Shown: in pieces, positions 32,327 through 42,363 of the stretch
Position numbering within the stretch: position 1 is the first letter of the stretch
How the letters are laid out: the number at the start of each line of letters is the position of its first letter
Source of the DNA: Candidatus Bathyarchaeota archaeon
GTDB lineage: Archaea; Thermoproteota; Bathyarchaeia; Bathyarchaeales; Bathycorpusculaceae
Length of the DNA stretch: 64,000 nucleotides
Direction: 5' to 3'
Assembly (NCBI GenBank): GCA_963826715.1
Contig: CAWGYA010000008.1
Coordinates: 96,001 to 160,000 of the forward strand
Translations under genes and position numbers: made by a program
Notes under the pieces: model-generated
What the model was told of the DNA's origin: nothing
Databases searched by the model: none
Seen by the model: only the letters and a program-made list of their open reading frames with translations

Positions 32327-33331
32327 TTAAGGCGTTAATATCGCTCGTCCAATAATTTTTCCTTGTTTAAGCTTAAGGAGTACTCCTTGAGCATCACTTA
32401 GTGGATAACGTGTCCAATCCACCTTTACTTTACCCATCGACGCCAATCTTAAGGTATCATTCATTTCCTGTCGGGTACCTATGACACTGCCCATAATCGA
32501 ATGTTCCTCAGGAAAACAAACATTGACATTGCCCAAAACCCCCATGAGAACTATTCCCCCACGCTTAACTACCCTCAGCGCTTGATCAACTGCCTTCTGT
32601 GATGGAGCATGAACCATAACTATATCTGGGCGCCCAGTTTCCGCTACAAAATCTTCCAGCTCAATTGTGGTTTTGGTGTAGTCTGCACCGATATCGGAAG
32701 CTAACTTTAGCTTTTCCTGTGATGTATCCACTGCGACGGTTTCTGCTCCAGCGAGTTTAGCGAATTGAAGCGACATGTGACCTACTCCTCCTATGCCGAT
32801 AACAGCCACTTTTTGACCCTCCCTAATATTCGCCCGCTTTACAGCGTGATAGGCTGTTATGCCAGGACAGAATAGTGATGCGCTTTCCTCAAATCCTAAG
32901 TTACTGGGTAATCGGTGAACAAAATTGCTGGGCGCAACCATAAATTCTGCATATCCCCCGTCAACCGCTTCGCCTGTTGTTTGACGTTTGAGGCAAAGGT
33001 TTTCACGGCCCGAAAGACAGAACTCGCAGGTTCCATCTGTGTTCCAGAGTACCTGTACACCGACCCTATCCCCTCGCGTAAATCCTAAGGTTTTTTTGCC
33101 CACAGATTCGATTACACCCGTAACTTCGTGTCCAGGAATTATGGGGAGTTTCGCTGGAACGCCGAATTGTTGAAGTTCACCTTCTATCATGTGGAGATTG
33201 CTATAGCAAACGCCGCATGCTTTAACTTTTATAAGTACTTGGTCTGGCTTAGGCTTTGGATCTTCGACGGTGGTGTAAATTAGGGGGTGGTTCTCTATTT
33301 TGTCTATTCGGGTTAGTAGTTGGGCTTTCAT
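32327..33331 (-). CDS. Zinc-dependent alcohol dehydrogenase (MDR family)
   Basis: CGVC, GHE, structural-Zn-like DGTCEFC...ENLC, GIGGVG; likely start MKAQLL at 33331. Confidence 0.93.
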   Translation of the reverse strand: MKAQLLTRIDKIENHPLIYTTVEDPKPKPDQVLIKVKACGVCYSNLHMIEGELQQFGVPAKLPIIPGHEVTGVIESVGKKTLGFTRGDRVGVQVLWNTDGTCEFCLSGRENLCLKRQTTGEAVDGGYAEFMVAPSNFVHRLPSNLGFEESASLFCPGITAYHAVKRANIREGQKVAVIGIGGVGHMSLQFAKLAGAETVAVDTSQEKLKLASDIGADYTKTTIELEDFVAETGRPDIVMVHAPSQKAVDQALRVVKRGGIVLMGVLGNVNVCFPEEHSIMGSVIGTRQEMNDTLRLASMGKVKVDWTRYPLSDAQGVLLKLKQGKIIGRAILTP

Positions 33332-33458
33332 TTTATTCACGCAAGGGATATTTGGGGCGTTTGAGCGCCATGCGACTGAAACATAGCAACAACATCTCAA
33401 ATATGTAGGGCGAAGTGGATAACAATGCTTTTATCTCAAAAAAGGTTTCCCTTTACTT

Positions 33459-33869
33459 ATGCCCAGCGTTAAGGATATTATGACTAAAGAAGTCGTCACA
33501 ATTGAAACAAGTAAAACCGTTATAGATGCATCAAAACTGATGACCGATAAAGGATTAGGTTCGCTAATCGTAGTTATTCAGGCTTTTCCTGTGGGAATTA
33601 TCACTGAACGCGATATTGTACGACGAATCGTTGCAAAGCAGGCTCCTTTTGACCAAAAAGTAACTGAAGTCATGACGAAAACACTCATAACCGTCGAGCC
33701 AGACACCTCACTTAAAGAAGCTGCTAGAATCATGTCGACAAACAAAATAAGAAGATTACCAGTTCTCAAAAACAACAAGTTAGTAGGGATAGTTGCCGCA
33801 TCAGATTTTGTACGTAATGCCGGCAAAAAAACAACTACCGAAGAAATCCTTGATGCATTAGGACGCTAA
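33459..33869 (+). CDS. CBS-domain pair protein
   Basis: VKDIMT, GIITERD, IRRLPV, LVGIV. Confidence 0.92.
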   Translation: MPSVKDIMTKEVVTIETSKTVIDASKLMTDKGLGSLIVVIQAFPVGIITERDIVRRIVAKQAPFDQKVTEVMTKTLITVEPDTSLKEAARIMSTNKIRRLPVLKNNKLVGIVAASDFVRNAGKKTTTEEILDALGR

Positions 33870-34067
33870 CGGGAAACCGTTGGCATAAAAAATTTTACTA
33901 ACATCGGCAAAAATGGTTTGCTGAAGCTTCTGGCCCTTTAGGAGAAAAGGATGCAAACACAAAATTCACTATGGCTTTAGGTAAATTTTGCCAGAGCCTT
34001 TTCAGCCCATTTTTTCCAATGCTTTATGACTAAAAAAGGAAAGGGGGATTGTTGTTGTTTTATTTTT

Positions 34068-36821
34068 TTATGGGTGTTTTCTGAGGACTAACAGCAGTAC
34101 GAGTGCGATGGCGATGATTATGGCGATGAAGAGTCCGATGAATGCTGGGAGGAAGTATTGATCAGCTATGCTCTGTGCTGGTGGTTCTGTTGGTGCGGTT
34201 GTTGGCATTGCAGGATCAACTGCGAATGCGGTTTCTGCGTATGATGACCAGTAGCCGTTTGTGCCTGCGAATGAGGCGAGAACGGTGTATTTGCCTTCGA
34301 TGTCAGGAACCCATTGGTAGCTGTATGTGCCGCTTGCGTCTGTGGTTGTAGTGCCGATTTCTCGGTAGTTGCCATTTGCGTCGACAACTGCTAAGGTTAC
34401 ATCGACTCCTTTGAAGCTGGTTGCAAGTGGTTTCTGCTGGTAGACGTATGCCATCCATTCAGTCATGCTTTCATCTGAAGCTAGTGGGACTCCGTTGGGG
34501 AATCGTATAGACTGCTCGTTTTGCTGTGTACCTGCTGAGAGGTCTCTAACGTTGCCTGTGATTACTAAAGAGTCGCATAGTTTGATTGATGCTAGAGGTG
34601 CTTGGACCGTTATAGCGCTGCCGCCTTTTCCAACTGTGTAGATGGAGTTGTCATAGCTGTTAAACCAGGTTGCATATCCATCAGCAACTGCAAAGCTTTG
34701 TGTTGTGAATTCAGTGACATAAGATGAAAGTGTCCAGAGTTCTTCACCTGTAGTTGCGTTGACTGCTCGTGTCATTGCGCCTTTGAAGATTGGCATTTCA
34801 ACTGTGTGTTCAGATGTAACTAGGTAAACTACGTCGTTGCCGATTGCGTTAACGAACATTGGGTAGTTTCCTGGTACTTGGAAGCCGCTGTTTGTGTCGT
34901 TTCCTGGAACGCCACCGTTACCGTAGGTAAAGAGGGTCTCTCCAGTGTTTGTGTCATAGCAGTAGAGTACACCTGCATATGCGCTGCTGTATAGTCTGCC
35001 GTATGCAAAGGTGTTTGCTAAGCTGCCTGAAGCTTGGCTGCCGTAGTAGTCAAAGTCTGCTTGTGGGGCGGTGGTCCATAATTTGGAACCATCGTGCATG
35101 CTGTAGCCGACGAATGTTTGGGTTTCTCGTAGGTCTTCTACGAAGACTCGGTTAACTGGGTCAATGCCTGCTAATAGGACCGTGAGGTTACCTGCTGGTG
35201 GATCATAGTTTTTCATCCAAAGAATTTGTCCTCTTGATTCTGGTTTTAAGCTAACTGCGAAGTATGTGTAAGTGTTAAAGCCTAATGTGCCCATGAAGGT
35301 TGCGCCTTGTGAGGGAAGTGTACCGTTTAAGCAAATCATAACATCGTCTGGAATGACACCGACAACTGTTGGTGATCCGCTCATGGTGTTTCTCCATCCA
35401 ACTGGAACACTCCAGTCAAAGCGGTTTTGTGCACTGGTTGCGTCATTGACGCCTCCATTAACAATGAATGTCGAGCCATACTGTGAACTTGTTATTGCTG
35501 GTGGAACGGTTGTCAATAGGTTGTTAGAAGCGTTGATTATTGATGGTGAAAGTAAGCTGCCGCCTGTGAATGGGTTGGTTCCGAAGTTCCAAAGTTTAGT
35601 TGAGTTCCATTCAGCTAAAACATAGTTTGGATTAGTGCTGTTGCCAAGGTTTTGGAAGACAAAGCGTAATTGTTCACCGCTTGGACCTAATGCGACTGAT
35701 GGAGCGGTTGCTGATGGTACACCTGTGACGTTGAAGAGTGGGTTACCTGTATCTGCATCAAATAAGCGACCAAAGTTAGATGTTGCAAGAATTGCTGGGA
35801 AAACACCGTGCTGATTAGGGTCTTCATGATCCCAAATGAGTGCAAATGATATTTGTGGAAGATCTGTACGTGACCAGATGAGTTCACCTGTTCTTAGGTC
35901 AACGCAGTTAAGTGGTCCGTAGTTGTGGCCTGTGAATGAAACTGGTTCGTTGTAATAGATTTTTCCGTTGATTACTATTGGGTTTTGGTAGCGTTGGTTG
36001 TATGCTGAGCCTTCAAAGTATGCATTTCCCTGAATATCAAATTTGTCGCCGCCAACTATACCGCCGCTTTGTAGGGGTTTGGTCCACATTACGTGGCTAG
36101 TGAGAGGTCCAACTGTATCGCCTGCAAAGAACACTGCGCCGTTGCCTCCTAAGTTGTAGGATGCTGTGAAACCGCCATATCCAGGTTGACCTGTACCAAG
36201 CCAGTTAGATGATATTGTAAACCAGCCTGGGTTTTCGCCGTAGATTGGTCGGGTCCAATATTCTGAGGGTAACGGATATGTGTCTGGGTAGGTTGCGATT
36301 GGATCTTCTTGGACTGTAAGGATTGTGCTTGCATGGCTTGGCAGGTAAGTGTCGTTAACCATGACGGAAGTTGGACTACCGTTGCTTGTGGTAACTGTTT
36401 GTCCTGGGAAGTCGAATGTTAGACTGTATGTTCCTGCAATTTCTGGGGTAAAGGAATAGGCTTGTGAGGAGGTTGTATCCTGGATGGTCTCGAAAGTTTG
36501 GGTCGTGTTTACGCCATTGGGGTCAGTTATAGTTAGTTTGTAATTGTGGAATCGATAGTTGTTGTTTACGGCCGCGTAATTGATTGTTCCAGGGGTTTCA
36601 CCAGTGGGGTAGTATCCATATACTCGGTTAAGCCACATGTAGATTAGTGTGGATTGACCGACGCCTACTGGGTTAGGTAAAGCGGCTATGTAAGCGTTTG
36701 TTGTAAGTTCTTCTGAAGGTGTGTGTGCACTTGTGGTTGGGAGAAATAATGTTGTTGCTGCAACTGAAATTGCCAATATTGCGATTAATAGTGTTGTTAA
36801 ATACTTTTTAGAGTTATTCAC
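34068..36821 (-). CDS. Secreted PQQ-like beta-propeller protein with C-terminal membrane anchor (copy 3)
   Basis: Same architecture as 26569..29139 (YWTRPI, HVMWTKP, SEHT, NATTGEELW, TM + LRKHP). Confidence 0.88.
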   Translation of the reverse strand: MNNSKKYLTTLLIAILAISVAATTLFLPTTSAHTPSEELTTNAYIAALPNPVGVGQSTLIYMWLNRVYGYYPTGETPGTINYAAVNNNYRFHNYKLTITDPNGVNTTQTFETIQDTTSSQAYSFTPEIAGTYSLTFDFPGQTVTTSNGSPTSVMVNDTYLPSHASTILTVQEDPIATYPDTYPLPSEYWTRPIYGENPGWFTISSNWLGTGQPGYGGFTASYNLGGNGAVFFAGDTVGPLTSHVMWTKPLQSGGIVGGDKFDIQGNAYFEGSAYNQRYQNPIVINGKIYYNEPVSFTGHNYGPLNCVDLRTGELIWSRTDLPQISFALIWDHEDPNQHGVFPAILATSNFGRLFDADTGNPLFNVTGVPSATAPSVALGPSGEQLRFVFQNLGNSTNPNYVLAEWNSTKLWNFGTNPFTGGSLLSPSIINASNNLLTTVPPAITSSQYGSTFIVNGGVNDATSAQNRFDWSVPVGWRNTMSGSPTVVGVIPDDVMICLNGTLPSQGATFMGTLGFNTYTYFAVSLKPESRGQILWMKNYDPPAGNLTVLLAGIDPVNRVFVEDLRETQTFVGYSMHDGSKLWTTAPQADFDYYGSQASGSLANTFAYGRLYSSAYAGVLYCYDTNTGETLFTYGNGGVPGNDTNSGFQVPGNYPMFVNAIGNDVVYLVTSEHTVEMPIFKGAMTRAVNATTGEELWTLSSYVTEFTTQSFAVADGYATWFNSYDNSIYTVGKGGSAITVQAPLASIKLCDSLVITGNVRDLSAGTQQNEQSIRFPNGVPLASDESMTEWMAYVYQQKPLATSFKGVDVTLAVVDANGNYREIGTTTTDASGTYSYQWVPDIEGKYTVLASFAGTNGYWSSYAETAFAVDPAMPTTAPTEPPAQSIADQYFLPAFIGLFIAIIIAIALVLLLVLRKHP

Positions 36822-36891
36822 TTTTTCTTTTCTCCATTTTTGGTAAGAATGGATTCCGCTGAGCTATATTTAAGATTTTATAAAACGGATT

Positions 36892-36938
36892 TTTTTTTGC
36901 AAATTATTGCCAAAATTCACATCATATTTGCAAAAAAA
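36892..36938. promoter_or_regulatory. 13-bp inverted repeat in the divergent promoter between beta-propeller gene 3 and the Lrp regulator
   Basis: TTTTTTTGCAAAT-N21-ATTTGCAAAAAAA. Confidence 0.5.
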
Positions 36939-37034
36939 TGAAGTTTTATGAATTTGCTTTTTTGAAGTCAACACCAGTAGAAAATACGATTAATTTAAAA
37001 GGCACTTTTTACGCTTAAAGATAGGGCGCTCAAA

Positions 37035-38018
37035 ATAACACAAAAAGTCAATATCACGCAGGCAAAAATTCTAAAACAGCTATTAGCTGATGGACGCTCA
37101 AGCACAAAGGACCTTTCTAAAATAATAAACATCTCTGAGCAAGCAGTTAACGGGAATATAAAAAAATTGGAAAGTAAAGGAATAATCACAGGCGCAACAA
37201 CTCACATTAATTATAGACTTTTCGGCTTCAAAGCAGTTGCACATATGATGTTCACAATTGACCCAGCACAAGAAGAACAACTTTTAGAATTTTTACAACT
37301 AAAACCAGAAATTTATGCTTTCTATAGACGAGGAATCAAAGGACAACTTGACGCCATAATCACTCTTAAAAGACTATCGCAATTAAGCGAAATAAAGGAC
37401 AATATAAAAAAGAAATTCTCAGTCCTTGAAATGAAAACGGCTATATGGACTGATGTTAAAGAAATGAATCACAATATAGCCATAGTTGACGAAATAAGAA
37501 ATAACCCAGTTAACCAAAAAATAAACAAACAACCAATTCCAGCAGATATAAACTTTAAAATCGACGAAATTGACCAAAAAATTGCAGATGAACTTGCCGA
37601 AGACGGCAGAATTTCCATGATTTCACTCGGAGAGACTGTTGGAGTATCAGCTACGGTTGCAAAAAAAAGATATGAAAAACTAAAAGAAAATGGCTTTCTA
37701 AAAGTCACAATTCAAATTAGCCCAGCTAAAATTGGCTATAAAGCGTTATGCATTTTTTTCATTGCAATTTCACAAGAAAAGTTACCGACAGTAATAGGCA
37801 AAATTAGCAACATTCCAGATATAATTAGCATCATGAAAACAACGGGAAACTATGACTTGCAAATTTACGCTATGATTCAAAACCTTGACCAGATGCTGTA
37901 TATAAATGATGAAATCGCAGCAATCGAAGGTATAAGCAAAATTGATTTTGAAATAAACCGCTTTAATAAAAAAATAGAAAAATGGCCCTCACCCAAACAA
38001 TATATATCCACATTCTAA
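37035..38018 (+). CDS. Tandem double Lrp/AsnC-family transcriptional regulator
   Basis: Two HTH+RAM units; the first HTH (KILKQLLADGRSS...) lies upstream of the called TTG at 37167, in the same open frame; start codon uncertain (ATA 37035?). Confidence 0.85.
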   Translation: MTQKVNITQAKILKQLLADGRSSTKDLSKIINISEQAVNGNIKKLESKGIITGATTHINYRLFGFKAVAHMMFTIDPAQEEQLLEFLQLKPEIYAFYRRGIKGQLDAIITLKRLSQLSEIKDNIKKKFSVLEMKTAIWTDVKEMNHNIAIVDEIRNNPVNQKINKQPIPADINFKIDEIDQKIADELAEDGRISMISLGETVGVSATVAKKRYEKLKENGFLKVTIQISPAKIGYKALCIFFIAISQEKLPTVIGKISNIPDIISIMKTTGNYDLQIYAMIQNLDQMLYINDEIAAIEGISKIDFEINRFNKKIEKWPSPKQYISTF

Positions 38019-38078
38019 ATTCATCAAATTTCAACGTCATCCGAAAAACAAAGTCTTAAGATCGAGGCACGAAAATTC

Positions 38079-39056
38079 TTGAAAGGAACCCCTGTAAAAA
38101 TCGACGAGTTAGACAGTAAGATACTTAAAATTCTATTATGCAATGGGCGGATTCCTTTTGACGAATTAGCGGCAGAATGTGGAACGGACAAAAACCGAGT
38201 TTGGAAACGCTATAATTCTTTGGAGAAAAAAGGCGTTATAACAGGCGCCACTATACAAATGAATTTTGGACTTTTCGGTTTTGACGCACTCGCCACTTTG
38301 ATGCTGCGCGTTGACTTTCAACTATTGGATCAGACGATGCAATACATTAAAGAAATACCTGAGATTCGAGCGTACAAACAGTATAACAGCATATATAACA
38401 TAAGAGCGATTGCAATACTACAAAGCCTTAACGATTTGGATCATATTAAAGAAATTATCAAACATAAGCTACCCACGTTAGGTTTAAAATCTTATGTTTG
38501 GACAAATGTTAGGAACATACCCGAAAACCTCTATGCACTGCGTTTGAGAAACGAAGAAAAGTCGCCACTTAAACCAATATCGCCAACCAATAATTTTGAT
38601 TTTGATGATATCGATCTAAAAATTGTTCAAAAACTTTCCGTTGACGGTCGAGCATCTTTTAGTCAAATCGCCAAAAAAATCGGAGTTTCGCCCCATACTG
38701 TAATTAACAGATATGAAAAAATGCGAAAAGTTTGCGCCATCAAGGTTTCAATTCAAATAAACGCCAATAAACTTGGTTATGTCGCTATCGTAGATTTCAA
38801 TATAGCCTTCACATCACTCGGAGACTTATCCAACACCATTGTGGACAAATTAACAATGATACCGGACATTATTATTATAACTAAAACCACCGGTGATTTC
38901 GATTTGCAAGTGACAGCGATGCTAAGAAATCTCAAAGAACTCTTTGATATCCAAGACAAAATAGCTAAGATAAAAGGCATAACTCATATTGAAGCAAGCG
39001 CCCGGAGAATTCCTGAAAAATGGCCCTCAGCACAACAATTTATTTCCACCATGTAG
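38079..39056 (+). CDS. Tandem double Lrp/AsnC-family transcriptional regulator
   Basis: IDELDSKIL...NGR and DDIDLKIV...DGRASF HTHs, TTGDFDL; paralog of the upstream gene. Confidence 0.9.
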   Translation: MKGTPVKIDELDSKILKILLCNGRIPFDELAAECGTDKNRVWKRYNSLEKKGVITGATIQMNFGLFGFDALATLMLRVDFQLLDQTMQYIKEIPEIRAYKQYNSIYNIRAIAILQSLNDLDHIKEIIKHKLPTLGLKSYVWTNVRNIPENLYALRLRNEEKSPLKPISPTNNFDFDDIDLKIVQKLSVDGRASFSQIAKKIGVSPHTVINRYEKMRKVCAIKVSIQINANKLGYVAIVDFNIAFTSLGDLSNTIVDKLTMIPDIIIITKTTGDFDLQVTAMLRNLKELFDIQDKIAKIKGITHIEASARRIPEKWPSAQQFISTM

Positions 39057-39096
39057 CTTAGAAAAACAATCCATCCAATATGATAACATTAAAAAT

Positions 39097-39858
39097 TTAA
39101 TTCCTGGACGTAGAGGCTTCTTTTTTAGTCATTTTTGAAGCTTCATATTCCCTTTGAAAACTTTGCTGTAGAGGGTTAATCCCACTGTCGTTTTGGGAAT
39201 GTTGTGCAGGATTCATTTCTAGCAACTTGGTTGCACAAAGTTTGGCTTCGTCGGTTCTGCCAAGCTTTGCCAACATAACACCCTTCCCAAGCAATGCACT
39301 GGAAAAATTAGAATTTAACCTCAACGCTTGATCAAAGCATTCAAGGGCATTTTGGTAGTCTCCATTATTTCCAAAGGCAATTCCAAGCAGGTACTGTATT
39401 TGTGGATTGTCAGGTGAGTGGGTTAGGGCTTTGTGATAGCCGTTGAGTGCATCCTGGAACCTTTTGAGTTTCTGCAGAGAAGATGCAAGAGATAAATGAA
39501 TTTCAATATTAGTAGGTTCTATTTCCAATGCTTTCTTGTCGCAATCAACTGCTTGGGCAGGCTGATTTAACATTGAATAGGTAGCGGCTTTAAGATGCCA
39601 TGCATTTGCATAAGCAGCATCTATTTCTATTACGTTGTCAAAGCACTTTAGGGATTCACTACAGCGTCCAAGCTTACCTAAAAGTAATCCTTTAATTATC
39701 CAGGCATCAATGTAAGCGCTGTCAAATTTTAGGGCTTCTTCAATGCAGTTTAATGCACTTTCATATTTCCGTTCATCCTCAAAACCAATGGCGGCTTTTA
39801 GCTGCAGAGTTGCGTTTAGACGCATTGAAGCTTCATTATTTATTTCGGAATTAACCAT
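39097..39858 (-). CDS. Tetratricopeptide repeat protein
   Basis: About 6 TPR units (AWIIKG, AWHLKA, ALLGKG). Confidence 0.9.
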   Translation of the reverse strand: MVNSEINNEASMRLNATLQLKAAIGFEDERKYESALNCIEEALKFDSAYIDAWIIKGLLLGKLGRCSESLKCFDNVIEIDAAYANAWHLKAATYSMLNQPAQAVDCDKKALEIEPTNIEIHLSLASSLQKLKRFQDALNGYHKALTHSPDNPQIQYLLGIAFGNNGDYQNALECFDQALRLNSNFSSALLGKGVMLAKLGRTDEAKLCATKLLEMNPAQHSQNDSGINPLQQSFQREYEASKMTKKEASTSRN

Positions 39859-40194
39859 AGAATCAACCCTGTCTAGATTAAATTGACCTGCGCCTTAGAG
39901 AGAGTTAATAAATAAATTTATAATTAATCTATAAAAAAAATACAAAAGGCTAACAGGACAATAGCCATTTTTTTGAAGTTTTGTAGATCCCAACACTATT
40001 ACACGCTAACAGATATCGGAAAAATATTTTTGATCTCCATGAGAGACGTCGACTACCTTAAATAATTAAAAGTTCAAAAAACCGCTCACTAAACGGAACC
40101 TGAAAAATCAAAATATCCACAAATCCCAAGATGACCGTGAGATTAACAATAATTCAATTGTTTACTAAGACACAGAAATCGCAAAATAGCAATC

Positions 40195-41094
40195 TTACCG
40201 CTCAAAGTTAACTTTTTTTGATACACACAGGATAGCGACACCCAAGATTGGAAGAGTTACCATCCAGAAATCAGTCAACGGTAAGAATGCGCGATAAACT
40301 GAGTTCCAAACTGAAACCAAATCATAAATTACAAAATAAACCCCTACCAGAATAAATGCAGTCCCCACTATCCGCATGTTTAGTTTTTTCTTGAGACTAA
40401 AAGTTACCCATATGAATGTCACAATTATGGAAGAAATCAGCAAAGTAAGCAACGAATTGACAGCTCCTACAAAAGTAAGTAGGTCTGACAGTGGAGTTGC
40501 AGAAGGCAAAAGTGCATATACCCAAAGCAGTCCATGCCTAACCCAAAAAGCGAACACATACAAAGTAGCAGCGATTCCACCCCACTCTTGAATAGATTTG
40601 TGATTATTGGGGGTTTTTAGCTTGCGGCTTAAAATGAACAATGGTGGAAAGACAAGAACTGCTTGAACAAGAACTGAAACGCCAGTGTAAAAATTCAGAA
40701 AAGGACTCGTTGATATAGCTGAACCAATAAGGTGGTTTGCTGCGGCTGGAAGGAGTAGCAGGAAATAGAGCGATTCAAAAAACAGAGTTAGCCTGAATTT
40801 ATTGAGATATCGAGGGTCATTTTTAAAATAAAGGATCGCACAGTTTAGAGCAAAAATTGCACCTATCAAACGTAGATAGCTACCGATTGAACCCGCGATT
40901 TCTTGAAAAAGGAAAAGCCCCAGTTGCAGAGTTGGTTGAGTGCTAGTTATTAATGTGGGCAACTTAACCACTACCAGCGGGAAGTGAACCACAAATATTG
41001 TGGTAGTGGCTGCTTGATAGAGGGTATAAAGGAGAAAGGAGACAGCTACAACCAACAGCGCTTTTTGGGTTAACCGGGCATTAAAAGAAGCCAT
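40195..41094 (-). CDS. Hypothetical multi-pass membrane protein
   Basis: 299-aa ORF with about 8 hydrophobic segments. Confidence 0.75.
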   Translation of the reverse strand: MASFNARLTQKALLVVAVSFLLYTLYQAATTTIFVVHFPLVVVKLPTLITSTQPTLQLGLFLFQEIAGSIGSYLRLIGAIFALNCAILYFKNDPRYLNKFRLTLFFESLYFLLLLPAAANHLIGSAISTSPFLNFYTGVSVLVQAVLVFPPLFILSRKLKTPNNHKSIQEWGGIAATLYVFAFWVRHGLLWVYALLPSATPLSDLLTFVGAVNSLLTLLISSIIVTFIWVTFSLKKKLNMRIVGTAFILVGVYFVIYDLVSVWNSVYRAFLPLTDFWMVTLPILGVAILCVSKKVNFER

Positions 41095-41154
41095 AGTTAA
41101 CTCACAAGCTTAGATGTATGCAAGGCAATCATGTTGAAGTGTTTGAGAAAGCTT

Positions 41155-41559
41155 TTAACAGTATTGATTCAGCACATAATTCAAGGAAAAATAAAATGCG
41201 GGTCGTGAGGGATTTGAACCCTCGACTTCCAGCTTAGAAGGCTGGCGCTCTATCCGTGCTGAGCTAACAACCCAACTAGATTCTAAAATAGTGCCTAAAT
41301 CAGCCCCTAAATCAAACCTACCTATTTGACCTAAATGACCCACTATTTGGAGATTAACACTTTTGGGTATTTGATTAAGTTTTCTCTCAACAAAATCTAA
41401 GGATTGTTGATGATACCCAAATTTGGGTTTACTATTCTCTCTTCCCATGTAGTGCCTAGCTCTATCATACTTTACTGCACCACTATTATTATAGAATAAT
41501 TGAATACACGCAAATTTTCCACAAACTTCACACATAAACTTTACACATTTAATCCTCAT
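41155..41559 (-). CDS. Small CxxC/His Zn-binding-like protein whose frame runs through tRNA-Arg; probable mobile-element remnant
   Basis: CEVC...RARHY...YHQQS in the N-terminal ~65 aa; the C-terminus is tRNA sequence. Confidence 0.45.
   Translation of the reverse strand: MRIKCVKFMCEVCGKFACIQLFYNNSGAVKYDRARHYMGRENSKPKFGYHQQSLDFVERKLNQIPKSVNLQIVGHLGQIGRFDLGADLGTILESSWVVSSARIERQPSKLEVEGSNPSRPAFYFSLNYVLNQYC
41199..41273 (-). tRNA. tRNA-Arg (TCT)
   Basis: Cloverleaf GGGTTGT...ACGACCC-G; anticodon arm CCAGC-CTTCTAA-GCTGG; T-loop TTCAAAT; CCA not encoded. Confidence 0.95.
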
Positions 41560-41741
41560 ACAATCACTAACTTGGAGCTTGAGAGCATAAAGAGCTATTT
41601 AATGACCATTAAAACAAAAATATGGAGCGTTGGATAGCATTAGGTGTTGATTTCAAATTCTTTATGAAATTTGTGTATTATTTTCTGGACAAAGCGTAAA
41701 GTCACAGTTATCAACACAATGCGGTGCTGATATGCGCCCCT

Positions 41742-41990
41742 CTTTGAGCTATCTCTTTGGTGAGGACAATAAAGTTTTCGTGTCGGCTCAAAAGACCGAA
41801 ATACTTTATGTCCGAGCATTTATCTCAACGCACCAACGAAAAAATATCAATGCGGTTCTTGACTGCGTTGCCCTCACCCAAAAGGGCAACACTGACAACA
41901 AGGCGAGCGGACAAAGGCTTAAACTTTGACCGCGCGACATCAACAAAAGCCCAGATACGACCAACGATGCGGTGGTAGTCGTTGCGGGGA
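41742..41990. other. Hairpin- and pseudoknot-rich non-coding element
   Basis: Hairpins at 41764-41813, 41867-41890 and 41907-41933; two loops complementary to 41742-41765; ATGCGGT three times. Confidence 0.55.
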
Positions 41991-42042
41991 GCGCGTGCTA
42001 AATTACGCATTTAAAAGAACCTTTTAATATTATACTGCCTTT

Positions 42043-42363
42043 TTGCACCGCATGAACATAATATTCGATTTCAATGCCAACTGGTTCATTCTCTTTTTCG
42101 CTTTTCTATCGGGATGGGCAGTTCTTATGATTGCAAGACGAAAATGGAACACACTAAAAGAAGCAAAAGAACAAGTTTTTCTTGCATCCGCCGGATTGGT
42201 TTCAATGGTCCTAATGGAGTTATTTGCCGTTTCAACCGGTTTGTGGCATTACCCGCCAGACAATTGGCCAATAATTCTATGGCCCAGCTATTTTGTAGCA
42301 ATACTCTTTGGTTATCAAATGCTGAGGTCAATCGAAGGCTTATTTTTACGCGCACGAATTTGA
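42043..42363 (+). CDS. Small 3-TM membrane protein
   Basis: Hydrophobic ORF with ELFAVSTGLWHY motif. Confidence 0.6.
   Translation: MHRMNIIFDFNANWFILFFAFLSGWAVLMIARRKWNTLKEAKEQVFLASAGLVSMVLMELFAVSTGLWHYPPDNWPIILWPSYFVAILFGYQMLRSIEGLFLRARI

Noticed and set aside
26569-36821. Diversity-generating retroelement acting on the beta-propeller genes
   Set aside because: No reverse transcriptase in the window, and the shared repeats show no adenine-specific mismatch pattern
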